Positions 1 through 9,276 of a DNA stretch of 64,000 nt are shown here, piece after piece. Within the stretch, counting starts at the first letter, position 1. Every line of letters starts with the position of its first letter. Origin of the DNA: an uncultured Desulfobacter sp. (lineage in GTDB: Bacteria; Desulfobacterota; Desulfobacteria; Desulfobacterales; Desulfobacteraceae); the NCBI GenBank assembly GCA_963666145.1, contig OY762614.1, positions 2,969,617 to 3,033,616 of the forward strand. Direction: 5' to 3'. Under the pieces are notes generated by a model, which did no database searches, was not told the DNA's origin, and was given only the letters and a program-made list of their open reading frames with translations. A program made the translations under genes and the position numbers.

Positions 1-1820
1 TCGCCGTTTACTTCAAGGAACAGATCGCCGGCCAGATCAGTGGCGTCAAAGGATACGGTGTCGCCCTGGGTGATCTTGTCGTAGTCAGCCGGGTTTTTGA
101 AGGTCATGGGAACGATACCGAAGTTAACCAGGTTGGCCACATGGATACGGGCAAAAGATTTAACGATAACCGCGCGGATACCAAGCCATCTCGGGCAAAG
201 AGCGGCATGCTCACGGGAACTTCCCTGACCGTAGTTTTCAGCACCAACGATGATGCCTTCTCCGCCTGCGTCTCTGTGAGCTACAGCGCGTTCTGCGAAG
301 GTGCCGTCAACCAGTCTGTAAGTAGCCTGCATTGCGTATTCTTTAACATTGGAGCGCAAGGGCAGGTATACGCCGGCAGGCTGAATGTCGTCAGTACTGA
401 TGTTGTCGCCAAGTTTCAGCAGAACTTCGCCTTTTACAACGTCAGGCAGCGGAGAGAACTCAGGCAGAGCCATGATGTTGGGACCGCGAACAACGCCTTC
501 GGACTTGTCGGCTTTATCCGGCATGATGAAGGAATCGGTGTCGATAACCGGCGGAATAACGTTGATGGCGATGTCTTTTGCTTCAGGAACGGTGATAACA
601 CCGGTCAGAGCACTGGCAGCAGCAACAAGCGGGCTGATCAGATGACATTGGGCATCGTCCGTACCGGAACGTTTCGGGAAGTTACGGTTGAAGGTTCTCA
701 GTGTGATGCCTTCGCTTGGGGGGGAACCGCCCTGGCCGATACAAGCGCCGCAACCATTTTCCATGATTCTGACGCCTGATTCGAACATCATTTTGATGTA
801 ACCGGCATCAGCCAGCTGCATGGCAACGGATCTGGAACCCGGATAGAGCATGGTGTCAACTTTAACGCGTTTACCTTTAAGGGTTTCGGCGAAAGTAGCG
901 ATGTTTTCAAAGGAACTGTTGGTACAGGAACCAATGCACACCTGATGAATTTTAGTTCCGGCATGATCTTTAACTTTTTCAACATTACCCGGAGAAGGAT
1001 AGATGGCGATCAGCGGTTCAATTTCAGACAGGTTGATGTTGATTTCAGCGTCGTAGGAAGCGCCTTCGTCAGCGGACATTTCGGTGTAGTCACCGCCGCG
1101 GCCGCGGCTTTCCAGGAAGGCTTTGGTGTTTGCATCACTGGGGAAGATAGAGGTGGTGGCACCCATTTCAGCACCCATGTTGGTGATGGTGGCACGTTCT
1201 GTTAGGGACAGGGTGGCAACGCCGGGGCCACAATATTCAAAGATAATGCCCTTGCCGCCTTTTACGGAGACAATTTCAAGCATCTTTAAGATAACGTCCA
1301 TGGCCATGCAGTTTTTGGCCAGCTGGCCGGTCAGGTAAACTTTGGTCACCTTGGGCATGGGCATGGTGTACATACCGGTAGCCATTGCCAGAGCAACGTC
1401 ATATCCGCCTGCACCCATGAAGATCGCACTACAACCACCGGCATTAACGGTATGGCTGTCAGCGCCAACACCTGTCATACCAGGTTTAACGAAGTTTTCC
1501 ATGTTGGTGAAATGGCAGATACCTGTGCCGGGGGGAGAAAAGATGATGCCGAGTTTTGCGGCAACAGTTCTCAGGTATTGATGATCATCTGGGTTTCTGA
1601 AACCGGATTGAAGCATACTATGATCAACAAAGTTCACAGCAAGGGGCTTTACCTTATCAACGCCCATGGCTTCCAGCTGAAGCATACACATGGTACCGGT
1701 GGCATCCTGGGTGAAAGCTTCATCGATCTTAATTTTGATCAATTCCCCGGGTGCCGGCAATGCAGCAGGCTCAACCAGGTGATCCTTGAGGATCTTATGT
1801 GTTAAACTTAAAGCGCTCAT
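1..1820 (-). CDS. acnA: Aconitate hydratase (single-chain, Aquifex/mitochondrial-like type); 3' end runs off the window
   Basis: Hand translation from ATG at 1820 (RBS GAGAGG): MSALSLTHKILKDHL...TQDATGTM...VDH...GTGICH...GADSHT...GAGG; near the window start KSFARIHVANLVNFGIVP (aconitase swivel domain), same frame. Absent from the ORF track because no stop codon lies inside the window. Confidence 0.92.
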   Translation of the reverse strand, partial: MSALSLTHKILKDHLVEPAALPAPGELIKIKIDEAFTQDATGTMCMLQLEAMGVDKVKPLAVNFVDHSMLQSGFRNPDDHQYLRTVAAKLGIIFSPPGTGICHFTNMENFVKPGMTGVGADSHTVNAGGCSAIFMGAGGYDVALAMATGMYTMPMPKVTKVYLTGQLAKNCMAMDVILKMLEIVSVKGGKGIIFEYCGPGVATLSLTERATITNMGAEMGATTSIFPSDANTKAFLESRGRGGDYTEMSADEGASYDAEININLSEIEPLIAIYPSPGNVEKVKDHAGTKIHQVCIGSCTNSSFENIATFAETLKGKRVKVDTMLYPGSRSVAMQLADAGYIKMMFESGVRIMENGCGACIGQGGSPPSEGITLRTFNRNFPKRSGTDDAQCHLISPLVAAASALTGVITVPEAKDIAINVIPPVIDTDSFIMPDKADKSEGVVRGPNIMALPEFSPLPDVVKGEVLLKLGDNISTDDIQPAGVYLPLRSNVKEYAMQATYRLVDGTFAERAVAHRDAGGEGIIVGAENYGQGSSREHAALCPRWLGIRAVIVKSFARIHVANLVNFGIVPMTFKNPADYDKITQGDTVSFDATDLAGDLFLEVNG

Positions 1821-1952
1821 TTTACCTCTCTTCGTTTATGGTTATGATCAATGCCCCGATCCAAACAGCATTAAAAACGTGAAATATGCTTTCATTTCTG
1901 TCCAACCGAGGATTTAAATCTTTAGTCTCCGGTAGTACGCCACTCATGCTTT

Positions 1953-1978
1953 TAGGATAGGAAGATGCGTTTTGTCAA
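1953..1978 (-). promoter_or_regulatory. Putative aconitase promoter: TTGACAAA-N7-TTCCTATCCTA
   Basis: -35 hexamer TTGACA about 155 bp upstream of the start; same 26-bp architecture as 28882-28907 upstream of aclB. Confidence 0.55.
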
Positions 1979-2071
1979 GAAATATTAAATATGTTAAAGA
2001 TTGTTATTGTTTTTTGTAAAAAAATATGAATTCGCGACTGAAACGCCATGGTGTTTTTGATTGATTTCGTG

Positions 2072-2728
2072 TTATTTGGGGTATGCCATAAGCAGACGAT
2101 TTTTGGGTGTGATCTCACCGGGAATTTTTTTAGTCATCACTGTATATCCCTGGCAGGCCAGCTTGATAGCCCTTGTGGCATCCACGGCCAGGGGGCCGTC
2201 CATCCAACCGTCAAGCCCGCCTGTGTCACAACGTTCAAGATCATGGCAGCACGGCAGTACCGCAAGTTTTGCCCTGGCCGCCACAGCTTTTTCAATCACC
2301 GTATCAGTCAGCGTGCCGCAGGCATGTACAGAGACGACAATATCCCGGGAAGAGAGTGCCACCTGCTCAAGGGGCATCCGGTTAAAACAAATTTTATCCT
2401 TTAACCGGGGCCATCTCTCGATCAAATTTTGGGAGAGCACCGCTGCATTTTCCGGGATATGGGTATCAACGGCCAAGGCATTTTCAGAGGTATCATCTAA
2501 TAGTAGTAAGATATGGGATACCAGCCCGTGACCGCATGCCAGATCAACGATCCTGCCGCCACGAAAATGCCGTCTGATGCGCTTTGCCACCTCCCATGCT
2601 TCGTAAAGTTCCTTTCTGGGCAGCGTTTGGGACCGGCATACCGCACGTGCAATTTTATCAAACAGGGTATCCTTGGGAAACAACGCCTGCTGATGTATGG
2701 TGAGCCTGTTTTTTGAGGATTTTTTCAT
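2072..2728 (-). CDS. SAM-dependent methyltransferase (Methyltransf_32-like)
   Basis: Motif I VDLACGHG and VSVHACGTLTD; start moved to MKKSSK at 2728 because the upstream in-frame extension looks non-coding. Confidence 0.8.
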   Translation of the reverse strand: MKKSSKNRLTIHQQALFPKDTLFDKIARAVCRSQTLPRKELYEAWEVAKRIRRHFRGGRIVDLACGHGLVSHILLLLDDTSENALAVDTHIPENAAVLSQNLIERWPRLKDKICFNRMPLEQVALSSRDIVVSVHACGTLTDTVIEKAVAARAKLAVLPCCHDLERCDTGGLDGWMDGPLAVDATRAIKLACQGYTVMTKKIPGEITPKNRLLMAYPK

Positions 2729-2982
2729 ATTAAGACGCACAATACAAAGATAGATGTAAAAACACAAGGGCGCCGAACAGCATGTTTTTCCATGAAACCG
2801 GGTCGGCCAATGATTATTCTTGAATGAATTCCGGAAAGACGATAAATTTATATAGACATGGTTCCAGTCTACGACAGATTTTGAAAAAGCGGTTGCTGTT
2901 CTCGCAACTTTACCGTTGATCACTGTGATTGCTTTTTTTAATGATTGATCACCAGCCCCACCCCCATCGGATAAGGAGCGGC

Positions 2983-4203
2983 ATGGCTGAAAAAACAGAT
3001 CCCAAAAAACCGGAAGCCAACAGTCACGGCAAGGGCGGTCCCCAAATTGAGACAGGGGCTTTGCGCCTGCTGGGAAATGACGAGGTCTATGTCAGCCTTT
3101 TCAAGGAAAATTGTGCTGTCATGCTCATGGTTGATCCTGACAATTTAAATATCATTGACGCCAACCAAGCCGCCCTCCTTTTTTACGGCTGGACCCATGA
3201 GCAAATCATCCGGAAAAAGGCAACAGATATTAACAATATTAACGAAAGCGTACTGGTCCCGAAAATCAGGGAGGCCATGCATAAAAAAAACTCTCATTTT
3301 TTTACCAGCCACTGCATGGCCAATGGGACTATCCGGGATGTTGAAGTTTATGCAAGCCCCATTATTTTAAACGGGGAAAAACGTATCCATGCCATTATCC
3401 ATGATACCACCGAACGTAAAAAAGCAGCCAAGGCCCTTGCCCGGTCTGAACAGAAACTTGCCGAACAGGCCATACGCACAAATCATCTTGCCTCTCTGGG
3501 TGAACTTGCAGCCGGCGTGGCCCATGAGATTAACAATCCTGTGACCGGCATTATCAGTCTGGCAGAAGTCCTTATGGATAAATTTGCAGAAGATGAAAGG
3601 GAAAGAAAAATCCCTGAAATGATTATCCACGAAGGTGAGCGGATCAGCAAAATCGTAAAAAATCTGCTCTCCTTTGCCAAAGACAGAGACGATGATTTCA
3701 GGCCGGTCTGCGTAAAGGATGTGCTCAAACTGTCGGTCTCCCTTATGGAAAGACAGATTTTAAAGGACGGCATACATTTATCCATTCATCTTCCCCAACA
3801 GCCTTTGAGCGTCAATGGCCGAAGCCATGAACTCCAGCAGGTATTCATGAATATCATCAGCAATGGCCGTTATGCCATCAATGCCAGATACCCGGATCCG
3901 GATGAAAACAAAATATTTGAAATCCATGGAAAAATCCTGAAAATCCAAAAACAAGAGTATGTCCGGTTAATCTTCTTTGACAGGGGATCCGGCATTCCCT
4001 CTCCGCTTCTGGACAAAATAACAGCCCCGTTTTTTTCAACAAAACCCCATGACCAGGGAACAGGGCTTGGCTTGTCCATCAGCCATGGAATTATAGACAG
4101 CCACGGGGGAAGGCTTTGGTTTGAAAGCCTGGAAAACGAGTACACAAAGGTGATGGTTGATCTGCCCCTGAACATGGGCCGGCCTTTGGACGAAAGCATA
4201 TGA
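2983..4203 (+). CDS. PAS-domain sensor histidine kinase (NtrB-like)
   Basis: RBS AAGGAG before ATG 2983; PAS region, H-box LAAGVAHEINNP, N-box NIISNGRYA, G2 box GTGLGLSI. Confidence 0.92.
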   Translation: MAEKTDPKKPEANSHGKGGPQIETGALRLLGNDEVYVSLFKENCAVMLMVDPDNLNIIDANQAALLFYGWTHEQIIRKKATDINNINESVLVPKIREAMHKKNSHFFTSHCMANGTIRDVEVYASPIILNGEKRIHAIIHDTTERKKAAKALARSEQKLAEQAIRTNHLASLGELAAGVAHEINNPVTGIISLAEVLMDKFAEDERERKIPEMIIHEGERISKIVKNLLSFAKDRDDDFRPVCVKDVLKLSVSLMERQILKDGIHLSIHLPQQPLSVNGRSHELQQVFMNIISNGRYAINARYPDPDENKIFEIHGKILKIQKQEYVRLIFFDRGSGIPSPLLDKITAPFFSTKPHDQGTGLGLSISHGIIDSHGGRLWFESLENEYTKVMVDLPLNMGRPLDESI

Positions 4204-5915
4204 ACGACAGTATACTCATTGTTGACGATGAAAAAAGCATCCGTCTGGGCTTTGAAATGATCCTTTCAGATGCCGGGTATGAGGTATTGACCGCCGACGG
4301 ATATGACCAGGCCCTTGAAATTGTGTCCGGGCATACCCCGGACCTGATTATTTCAGACATTCTTCTGGGCGGAAAAACCGGCATTGATCTTTTAAGCGAG
4401 TTGAAAAAAAAAGAGTTAAACACGCCCGTGATCATGATCACAGGAGAGCCCAACATCGACACCTCAACCGAAGCGGTGAGGCTGGGCGCCTTTGACTACA
4501 TCTCTAAGCCCATAAGAAAAAAGGCCTTGCTCAGAATCGTTCACAACAGCCTGAGGCATAAACACCTTCTGGATAAAAAGACAAAACTGGAAGAGGAAAA
4601 CATCAAGGTCCGCCAGAATATGGAGGCCATATTCACAAGCCTTGAAGACGGGGTGATCTGCGTGGATAAAGAACTGGTTGTCCTGGAAGCCAATGCGGCA
4701 GTGGAAAAAATCTGCAGATTACCCGTTCAAAAAATTATGGGTAAAAACTTTGAAACCCTTGAAACCGCCTGTAACCAGTCCTGCATCAAGGTTTTAAGGA
4801 AGACCCTTGAAACCAATAAAAGCGTGAGGCAAATCCATGCAGAATGCAATTTTCCGGGCGCATCCTCCCAGATCGTTCAATTGACGGCAAACCCCCTCAA
4901 AATCCCGGGAGGGACATCCAACGGCGCTGTCCTTGTGGCCAGGAACATCACCCGGTTGAAAAATCTTGAGCAGGCCCTGAGCGAACAAAATAAATTTCAC
5001 AAAATGGTGGGCAAAAGCCATGGGATGAAACATGTATTCACCCTGGTGGAAGATCTGGCCGAGCTGGACACCACCGTATTGATTACCGGAGAAACCGGTA
5101 CCGGAAAGGAATTGGTGGCCCATGCCGTTCATCACAACAGCCTGAGAAAAGACAAGCCCTTTATTAAGGTCAACTGCAGCGCCTTGTCCGACAACCTGCT
5201 TGAAAGTGAATTGTTCGGCCATGTCAAAGGGGCATTCACAGGGGCGGTCAAAGATAAAAAAGGCCGGTTTGAGATGGCGGACCAGGGCAGTCTTTTCCTT
5301 GATGAACTTGGCGATATCTCTCCATTGACCCAGCTCAAACTGCTGCGGGTACTCCAGGAAAAAGAGTTTGAACGGGTGGGGGACTCCACCCCGTTGAGGG
5401 TGGATGTCCGGATCATTGCCGCTACAAACTGTGATCTGAAAGAAAAGGTGGCCCAGGGAGAATTCAGGGAAGACCTCTTCTACAGGGTTAATGTGGTCAA
5501 TATACAGGTGCCGGCCTTAAGACAGAGGCGTGAGGATATTCCGCTTTTAACGGAACATTTTTTATCCCGGTTTAACATCCGGTTCAAAAAACAGGTCAAT
5601 GCCGTATCCAGCGAGGTGATGAATGCCTTTATGAATTATTCCTGGCCGGGAAACATAAGAGAGCTTGAGCATGCCCTAGAGCATGGATTTGTCCTGACCC
5701 GGGAAGGCACAATATCATTTGAGCACCTGCCCCTGGAAATAAAGAAAGGGTTTGCACCCCTGCCCGATTCACAGAACCCCTCCTTTTCAAAACAGGCCCT
5801 GGTTGCCGCACTTGAAAAAACAATGTGGAACAAATCCAGGGCCGCCCGGCTTCTGGGAATCTCCCGGCGGACCATTTATCGAAGAATCGCCGAGTATAAG
5901 ATTACGCCCCCTTGA
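4200..5915 (+). CDS. Sigma54-dependent response regulator (REC-PAS-AAA+-HTH, NtrC family)
   Basis: REC (VDDE, DILL, KP), PAS, Walker A GETGTGKE, GAFTGA, LFLDE, WPGNIREL, C-terminal Fis-type HTH; 4-bp overlap with the kinase. Confidence 0.95.
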   Translation: MNDSILIVDDEKSIRLGFEMILSDAGYEVLTADGYDQALEIVSGHTPDLIISDILLGGKTGIDLLSELKKKELNTPVIMITGEPNIDTSTEAVRLGAFDYISKPIRKKALLRIVHNSLRHKHLLDKKTKLEEENIKVRQNMEAIFTSLEDGVICVDKELVVLEANAAVEKICRLPVQKIMGKNFETLETACNQSCIKVLRKTLETNKSVRQIHAECNFPGASSQIVQLTANPLKIPGGTSNGAVLVARNITRLKNLEQALSEQNKFHKMVGKSHGMKHVFTLVEDLAELDTTVLITGETGTGKELVAHAVHHNSLRKDKPFIKVNCSALSDNLLESELFGHVKGAFTGAVKDKKGRFEMADQGSLFLDELGDISPLTQLKLLRVLQEKEFERVGDSTPLRVDVRIIAATNCDLKEKVAQGEFREDLFYRVNVVNIQVPALRQRREDIPLLTEHFLSRFNIRFKKQVNAVSSEVMNAFMNYSWPGNIRELEHALEHGFVLTREGTISFEHLPLEIKKGFAPLPDSQNPSFSKQALVAALEKTMWNKSRAARLLGISRRTIYRRIAEYKITPP

Positions 5916-5923
5916 CCTGCTAC

Positions 5924-5968
5924 TGTGCCTGGCACACAGTGTGCCAGACACAACGTGTGCCTGGCACA
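5924..5968. repeat. Three 13-bp palindromes TGTGCC-W-GRCACA at an exact 16-bp period (candidate enhancer sites)
   Basis: 5924 TGTGCCTGGCACA, 5940 TGTGCCAGACACA, 5956 TGTGCCTGGCACA, read directly. Confidence 0.85.
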
Positions 5969-6027
5969 GTTTATATGTGAGTTTGCCCCCCCCCCTTCCT
6001 ATTCCGAATATATTGATTTTTTAAGTC

Positions 6028-6040
6028 TAAAACCTTGATA
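6028..6040 (-). promoter_or_regulatory. IHF-binding site
   Basis: Reverse strand TATCAAGGTTTTA is an exact match to WATCAANNNNTTR, in an AT-rich context. Confidence 0.5.
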
Positions 6041-6080
6041 ATACAGTTTATTTGGGCGTTTGAGCTTTTTTTATAATCCC

Positions 6081-6097
6081 TTGGCCCGATAATTGAA
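6081..6097 (+). promoter_or_regulatory. Candidate sigma54 promoter TTGGCCCGATAATTGAA (GG-N10-GA, variant -12)
   Basis: -24 TGGC is present and -12 reads TTGA instead of TTGC; lies about 115 bp downstream of the palindromes. Confidence 0.35.
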
Positions 6098-6151
6098 TTG
6101 TTGCATTCCCGAATTTGAAACAAAAGATAAAAATAAAAAATTGAGACTCCC

Positions 6152-6523
6152 ATGGCAAAAATTCTAATAGTTGATGATGAAGAAAGTATCCGTTTTACCT
6201 TCTCCCTCATACTGACGGGTGCAGGCCACGAGGTGTTTAAAGCTGAAAGTAAATCCGAGGCAATGGCAATTCTCGATTCAACAGAAATTGATGTGGCAAT
6301 TGTAGACATGTTTCTGGGCTCCCATAACGGTATGGATCTCATCAAATATGTACACATGGCTCATGGTTCCTGCACCCCCCTCCTGATGTCTTCATACCCC
6401 TTGCCCGCGCCCCGGAAGTTAAACGCTCATTTTTTTGCATTTGTGCAAAAGCCGGTAAAAAAACTCGCCCTCTGCAACGCCGTTGAGGGTGCAATAGCCA
6501 GTAAAAGCCTTAACAGGTGTTAA
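6152..6523 (+). CDS. Single-domain response regulator (CheY-like)
   Basis: VDDEE, phospho-Asp in IVDMF, S/T position, KP; no output domain. Confidence 0.9.
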   Translation: MAKILIVDDEESIRFTFSLILTGAGHEVFKAESKSEAMAILDSTEIDVAIVDMFLGSHNGMDLIKYVHMAHGSCTPLLMSSYPLPAPRKLNAHFFAFVQKPVKKLALCNAVEGAIASKSLNRC

Positions 6524-6551
6524 AAAGTTAAGATAAGGAATCGAATAGATA

Positions 6552-7028
6552 ATGCAGCAGACAACTGATAATACAGGAAAGTATTTAATCTTCAGCCTAT
6601 CGGATGAGTCCTATGGAATCAGCATCCAAAACGTCAAGGAGATTATCGGCATGATGCCCATCACCTCCATTCCCAAAACCGGAGAATGGATTAAGGGGGT
6701 TATCAACCTCAGGGGAAAAATCATTCCTATCATTGATCTGAGAATCAAATTTTCCATGGAGCCCATCCCTTATTCAGACCGAACCTGCATCATTATCGTT
6801 GAAATCGGGTTAGGCAAGGGAACCGCTCAGACCGGCATTGTTGTGGATGGCGTATCTGAAGTACTCCATATCAAAGACGAATGTATAGACCCTCCGCCGT
6901 CATTTGGAACCCGGATAAATACCGACACCATTCTGGGAATGGCCAAAATGAAAAACGGGGTTAAAATTCTTCTCAACATAGATCAGGTGGGGCCCCGGGA
7001 AGTTTGGGCCCTTGGGAACGCTGCCTGA
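6552..7028 (+). CDS. cheW: Chemotaxis coupling protein CheW
   Basis: YLIFSLSDESYGI...VKEII...GVINLRGKIIPIIDLR...GIVVDGVSEV. Confidence 0.95.
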   Translation: MQQTTDNTGKYLIFSLSDESYGISIQNVKEIIGMMPITSIPKTGEWIKGVINLRGKIIPIIDLRIKFSMEPIPYSDRTCIIIVEIGLGKGTAQTGIVVDGVSEVLHIKDECIDPPPSFGTRINTDTILGMAKMKNGVKILLNIDQVGPREVWALGNAA

Positions 7029-7163
7029 CGCATAATATATAACAGCCATGGGCTGATCGGATATATCAGCTGCCGGGCTCAGCCCACAGCGAAAGTTGAC
7101 AGATCTGTGTCGGTTACACAGATTTCTCTTATAAAAAAATTAGACGAAAAAAGGGAAACACCA

Positions 7164-9023
7164 ATGAAATTCAGTCTTAAAAATAAATTTATCATACCCA
7201 CCGTAACCACTGCGGTCATCTGCCTGGGAGCCATATCATTATTTTCATACTTGAAAGCCAGTCAGGCATTGAAAAACGTTATATCCTCCGAAGTTAAATA
7301 TGTATCCTCGTCCATCTCAAAACAGGTGAGCCAGTGGATCTTTGAACGGGAAAGCGATATTTCACAGCTTGCACAGGAAGACCTGTTTAACAAAGCGATC
7401 TCATCTCTGGGGCCGGACGAAGTCAAGGCCGCTGATTCCCGCCTCAACCAAATCAAAAAAAGCAGTGCCCTGTTTGATAATATCCACCTGGCCGGTCCGG
7501 ATGGGATGGTTATGGCATCTTCGGATACCGGCCTTGTCGGATCACTGAATCTCTCCACCAGAGAATACTTTAAAGATGCCCTTACAGGAACACTTTCCCT
7601 GTCCCAGGTTATTAAGAGCAAGACCACGGGCCAGCCTGTTTTCTGCATTGCAGCACCGGTAAGGCAGGGAAATAAAATCCATGGGGTCCTTGTGGGTGTC
7701 ATCAATATGAACCACTTCACAGCCCAGTTTATTGACACGGAAAAAGTGGGCCAAAACGGCTACGTCTATATGGTGAACAAGTCAGGCGTCGTACTGGCCT
7801 ATCCGGATAAATCAAAAATATTATCCCTGGATGTGAGCCAGTATGAATTTGGCCGCAACCTTCTGTCTCAGCAGGACGGGCTTATGGAATACAAATTTAA
7901 GGGTGTGGATAAAATCGTTGGATTCGCAAAAGAAAAAACCACCAACTGGATTATTGCATCCACAGCAGATAAATCCGAACTCTTTGCACCGGTCATTGCC
8001 CTGCGGAATATCAGCATCACCATTGCCATTGTCAGCATCATACTCATTGGCTCCATAATCTTGCTTGTAACCCGCTCCATTGTGGGCCCCCTCAACCGGA
8101 TCATTGAGGGCATGAACGAGGCCGGCAATCAGGTGGCTGCCGCATCAACCCAGGTGGCCATGGCCAGTCAGTCTCTGGCTGAAGGTGCATCAGAACAGGC
8201 AGCCTCTGTCGAAGAGACCTCTGCCTCCATGGAGGAGATGGCCTCCATGACCCAAAGCATGGCTGGAAATGCAAACCAGGCAGATCTTCTTTCAAAAGAA
8301 TCACATGGGATTGTTACCCGGGCCAATGAATCCATGGAGGCGCTCACTCGGTCCATGTCCGATATCTCAACGGCCAGTGAAGAGACCTCAAAAATTATTA
8401 AAACCATTGATGAAATCGCCTTCCAAACCAATTTGCTGGCCCTTAATGCCGCAGTTGAAGCAGCCCGGGCCGGGGAAGCAGGCGCAGGATTTGCCGTCGT
8501 GGCCGATGAGGTTAGAAACCTTGCCATGCGGGCAGCTGAGGCGGCAAAAGATACGGAAAAGCTCATTGCCGGGACCATGGAAAAAGTAAGCAATGGTTCT
8601 GCACTGGTAGCCACGACCAATGAGGCCTTTGTGGCGGTTGATTTAAGCACATCCAAGGTCGGGGAGCTTGTCATGGAAATGTCCCAGGCGTCCAGGGAGC
8701 AGTCCGCAGGCATCTCCCAAGTCAATGTCGCCATCGCGGAAATCGACAAGGTGGTGCAGCATAATGCTGCCAACGCAGAAGAATCCGCATCCGCAGCCGA
8801 AGAGATGAATGCCCAGGCCGAGCAGCTCAGAGATTATGTAAACGATCTTCACGCCCTGATTACAGGGGAGGATACCCGGTTACAGACTTCTCACCCCTCC
8901 CGCCAGATCATGGGAAGATCATCCCGGGGCCAGAAAAAAATTGCAACTTCGCAGGCTCGGGAAATCAGGTCGGATCAGATGCTTGACTTTGATGAAGACG
9001 GTTTTAAGGATTTTGCTGCCTGA
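7164..9023 (+). CDS. Methyl-accepting chemotaxis protein with a dCache-like sensor
   Basis: Two TM segments, Cache-like STREYF and YVYMVNKSG, signalling hairpin [34 protein letters not shown]; start set at MKFSLK. Confidence 0.95.
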   Translation: MKFSLKNKFIIPTVTTAVICLGAISLFSYLKASQALKNVISSEVKYVSSSISKQVSQWIFERESDISQLAQEDLFNKAISSLGPDEVKAADSRLNQIKKSSALFDNIHLAGPDGMVMASSDTGLVGSLNLSTREYFKDALTGTLSLSQVIKSKTTGQPVFCIAAPVRQGNKIHGVLVGVINMNHFTAQFIDTEKVGQNGYVYMVNKSGVVLAYPDKSKILSLDVSQYEFGRNLLSQQDGLMEYKFKGVDKIVGFAKEKTTNWIIASTADKSELFAPVIALRNISITIAIVSIILIGSIILLVTRSIVGPLNRIIEGMNEAGNQVAAASTQVAMASQSLAEGASEQAASVEETSASMEEMASMTQSMAGNANQADLLSKESHGIVTRANESMEALTRSMSDISTASEETSKIIKTIDEIAFQTNLLALNAAVEAARAGEAGAGFAVVADEVRNLAMRAAEAAKDTEKLIAGTMEKVSNGSALVATTNEAFVAVDLSTSKVGELVMEMSQASREQSAGISQVNVAIAEIDKVVQHNAANAEESASAAEEMNAQAEQLRDYVNDLHALITGEDTRLQTSHPSRQIMGRSSRGQKKIATSQAREIRSDQMLDFDEDGFKDFAA

Positions 9024-9044
9024 TCCTTGCTAAACTATTCAAGA

Positions 9045-9074
9045 GGCGGGCTTTAGTCTGCCCCTGTTTTTTTT
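9045..9074 (+). terminator. Rho-independent terminator after the MCP
   Basis: GGCGGGC-TTTA-GTCTGCC stem followed by T8. Confidence 0.6.
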
Positions 9075-9112
9075 CGGGGCCCGTGCATTTACAAAACAAT
9101 GCACGGGCCCCG
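9075..9112. repeat. Perfect 15-bp inverted repeat
   Basis: CGGGGCCCGTGCATT-N8-AATGCACGGGCCCCG. Confidence 0.8.
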
Positions 9113-9276
9113 GAGTATATTTACTTGATTTCAATTAGAAAGAGCCCGGCCTTAGGCCAAGCATCAACGTCTTGAAAAAAACTATCCCAATATGATAATT
9201 TAATCGACCATAAAAATATGCTTGCATCCCCAATTTACGGTGCAGGCATTTGCTTTTTAAAATAAGGATTTAATTT

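Noticed and set aside
141-1805. Several plus-strand and off-frame ORFs in the ORF track over 1-1820
   Set aside because: They are shadows of the minus-strand aconitase, which the track missed because it has no stop codon inside the window.
7029-7163. c-di-GMP riboswitch ahead of the MCP
   Set aside because: The GEMM and c-di-GMP-II consensus elements (GNRA-receptor pairing, GCAAA...GGC core) could not be aligned; kept only as an unassigned structured spacer.
7904-7912. DnaA boxes / oriC (a perfect TGTGGATAA here, near matches at about 56725 and 61312)
   Set aside because: They are isolated boxes, one inside a CDS; there is no cluster, DUE or dnaA gene.
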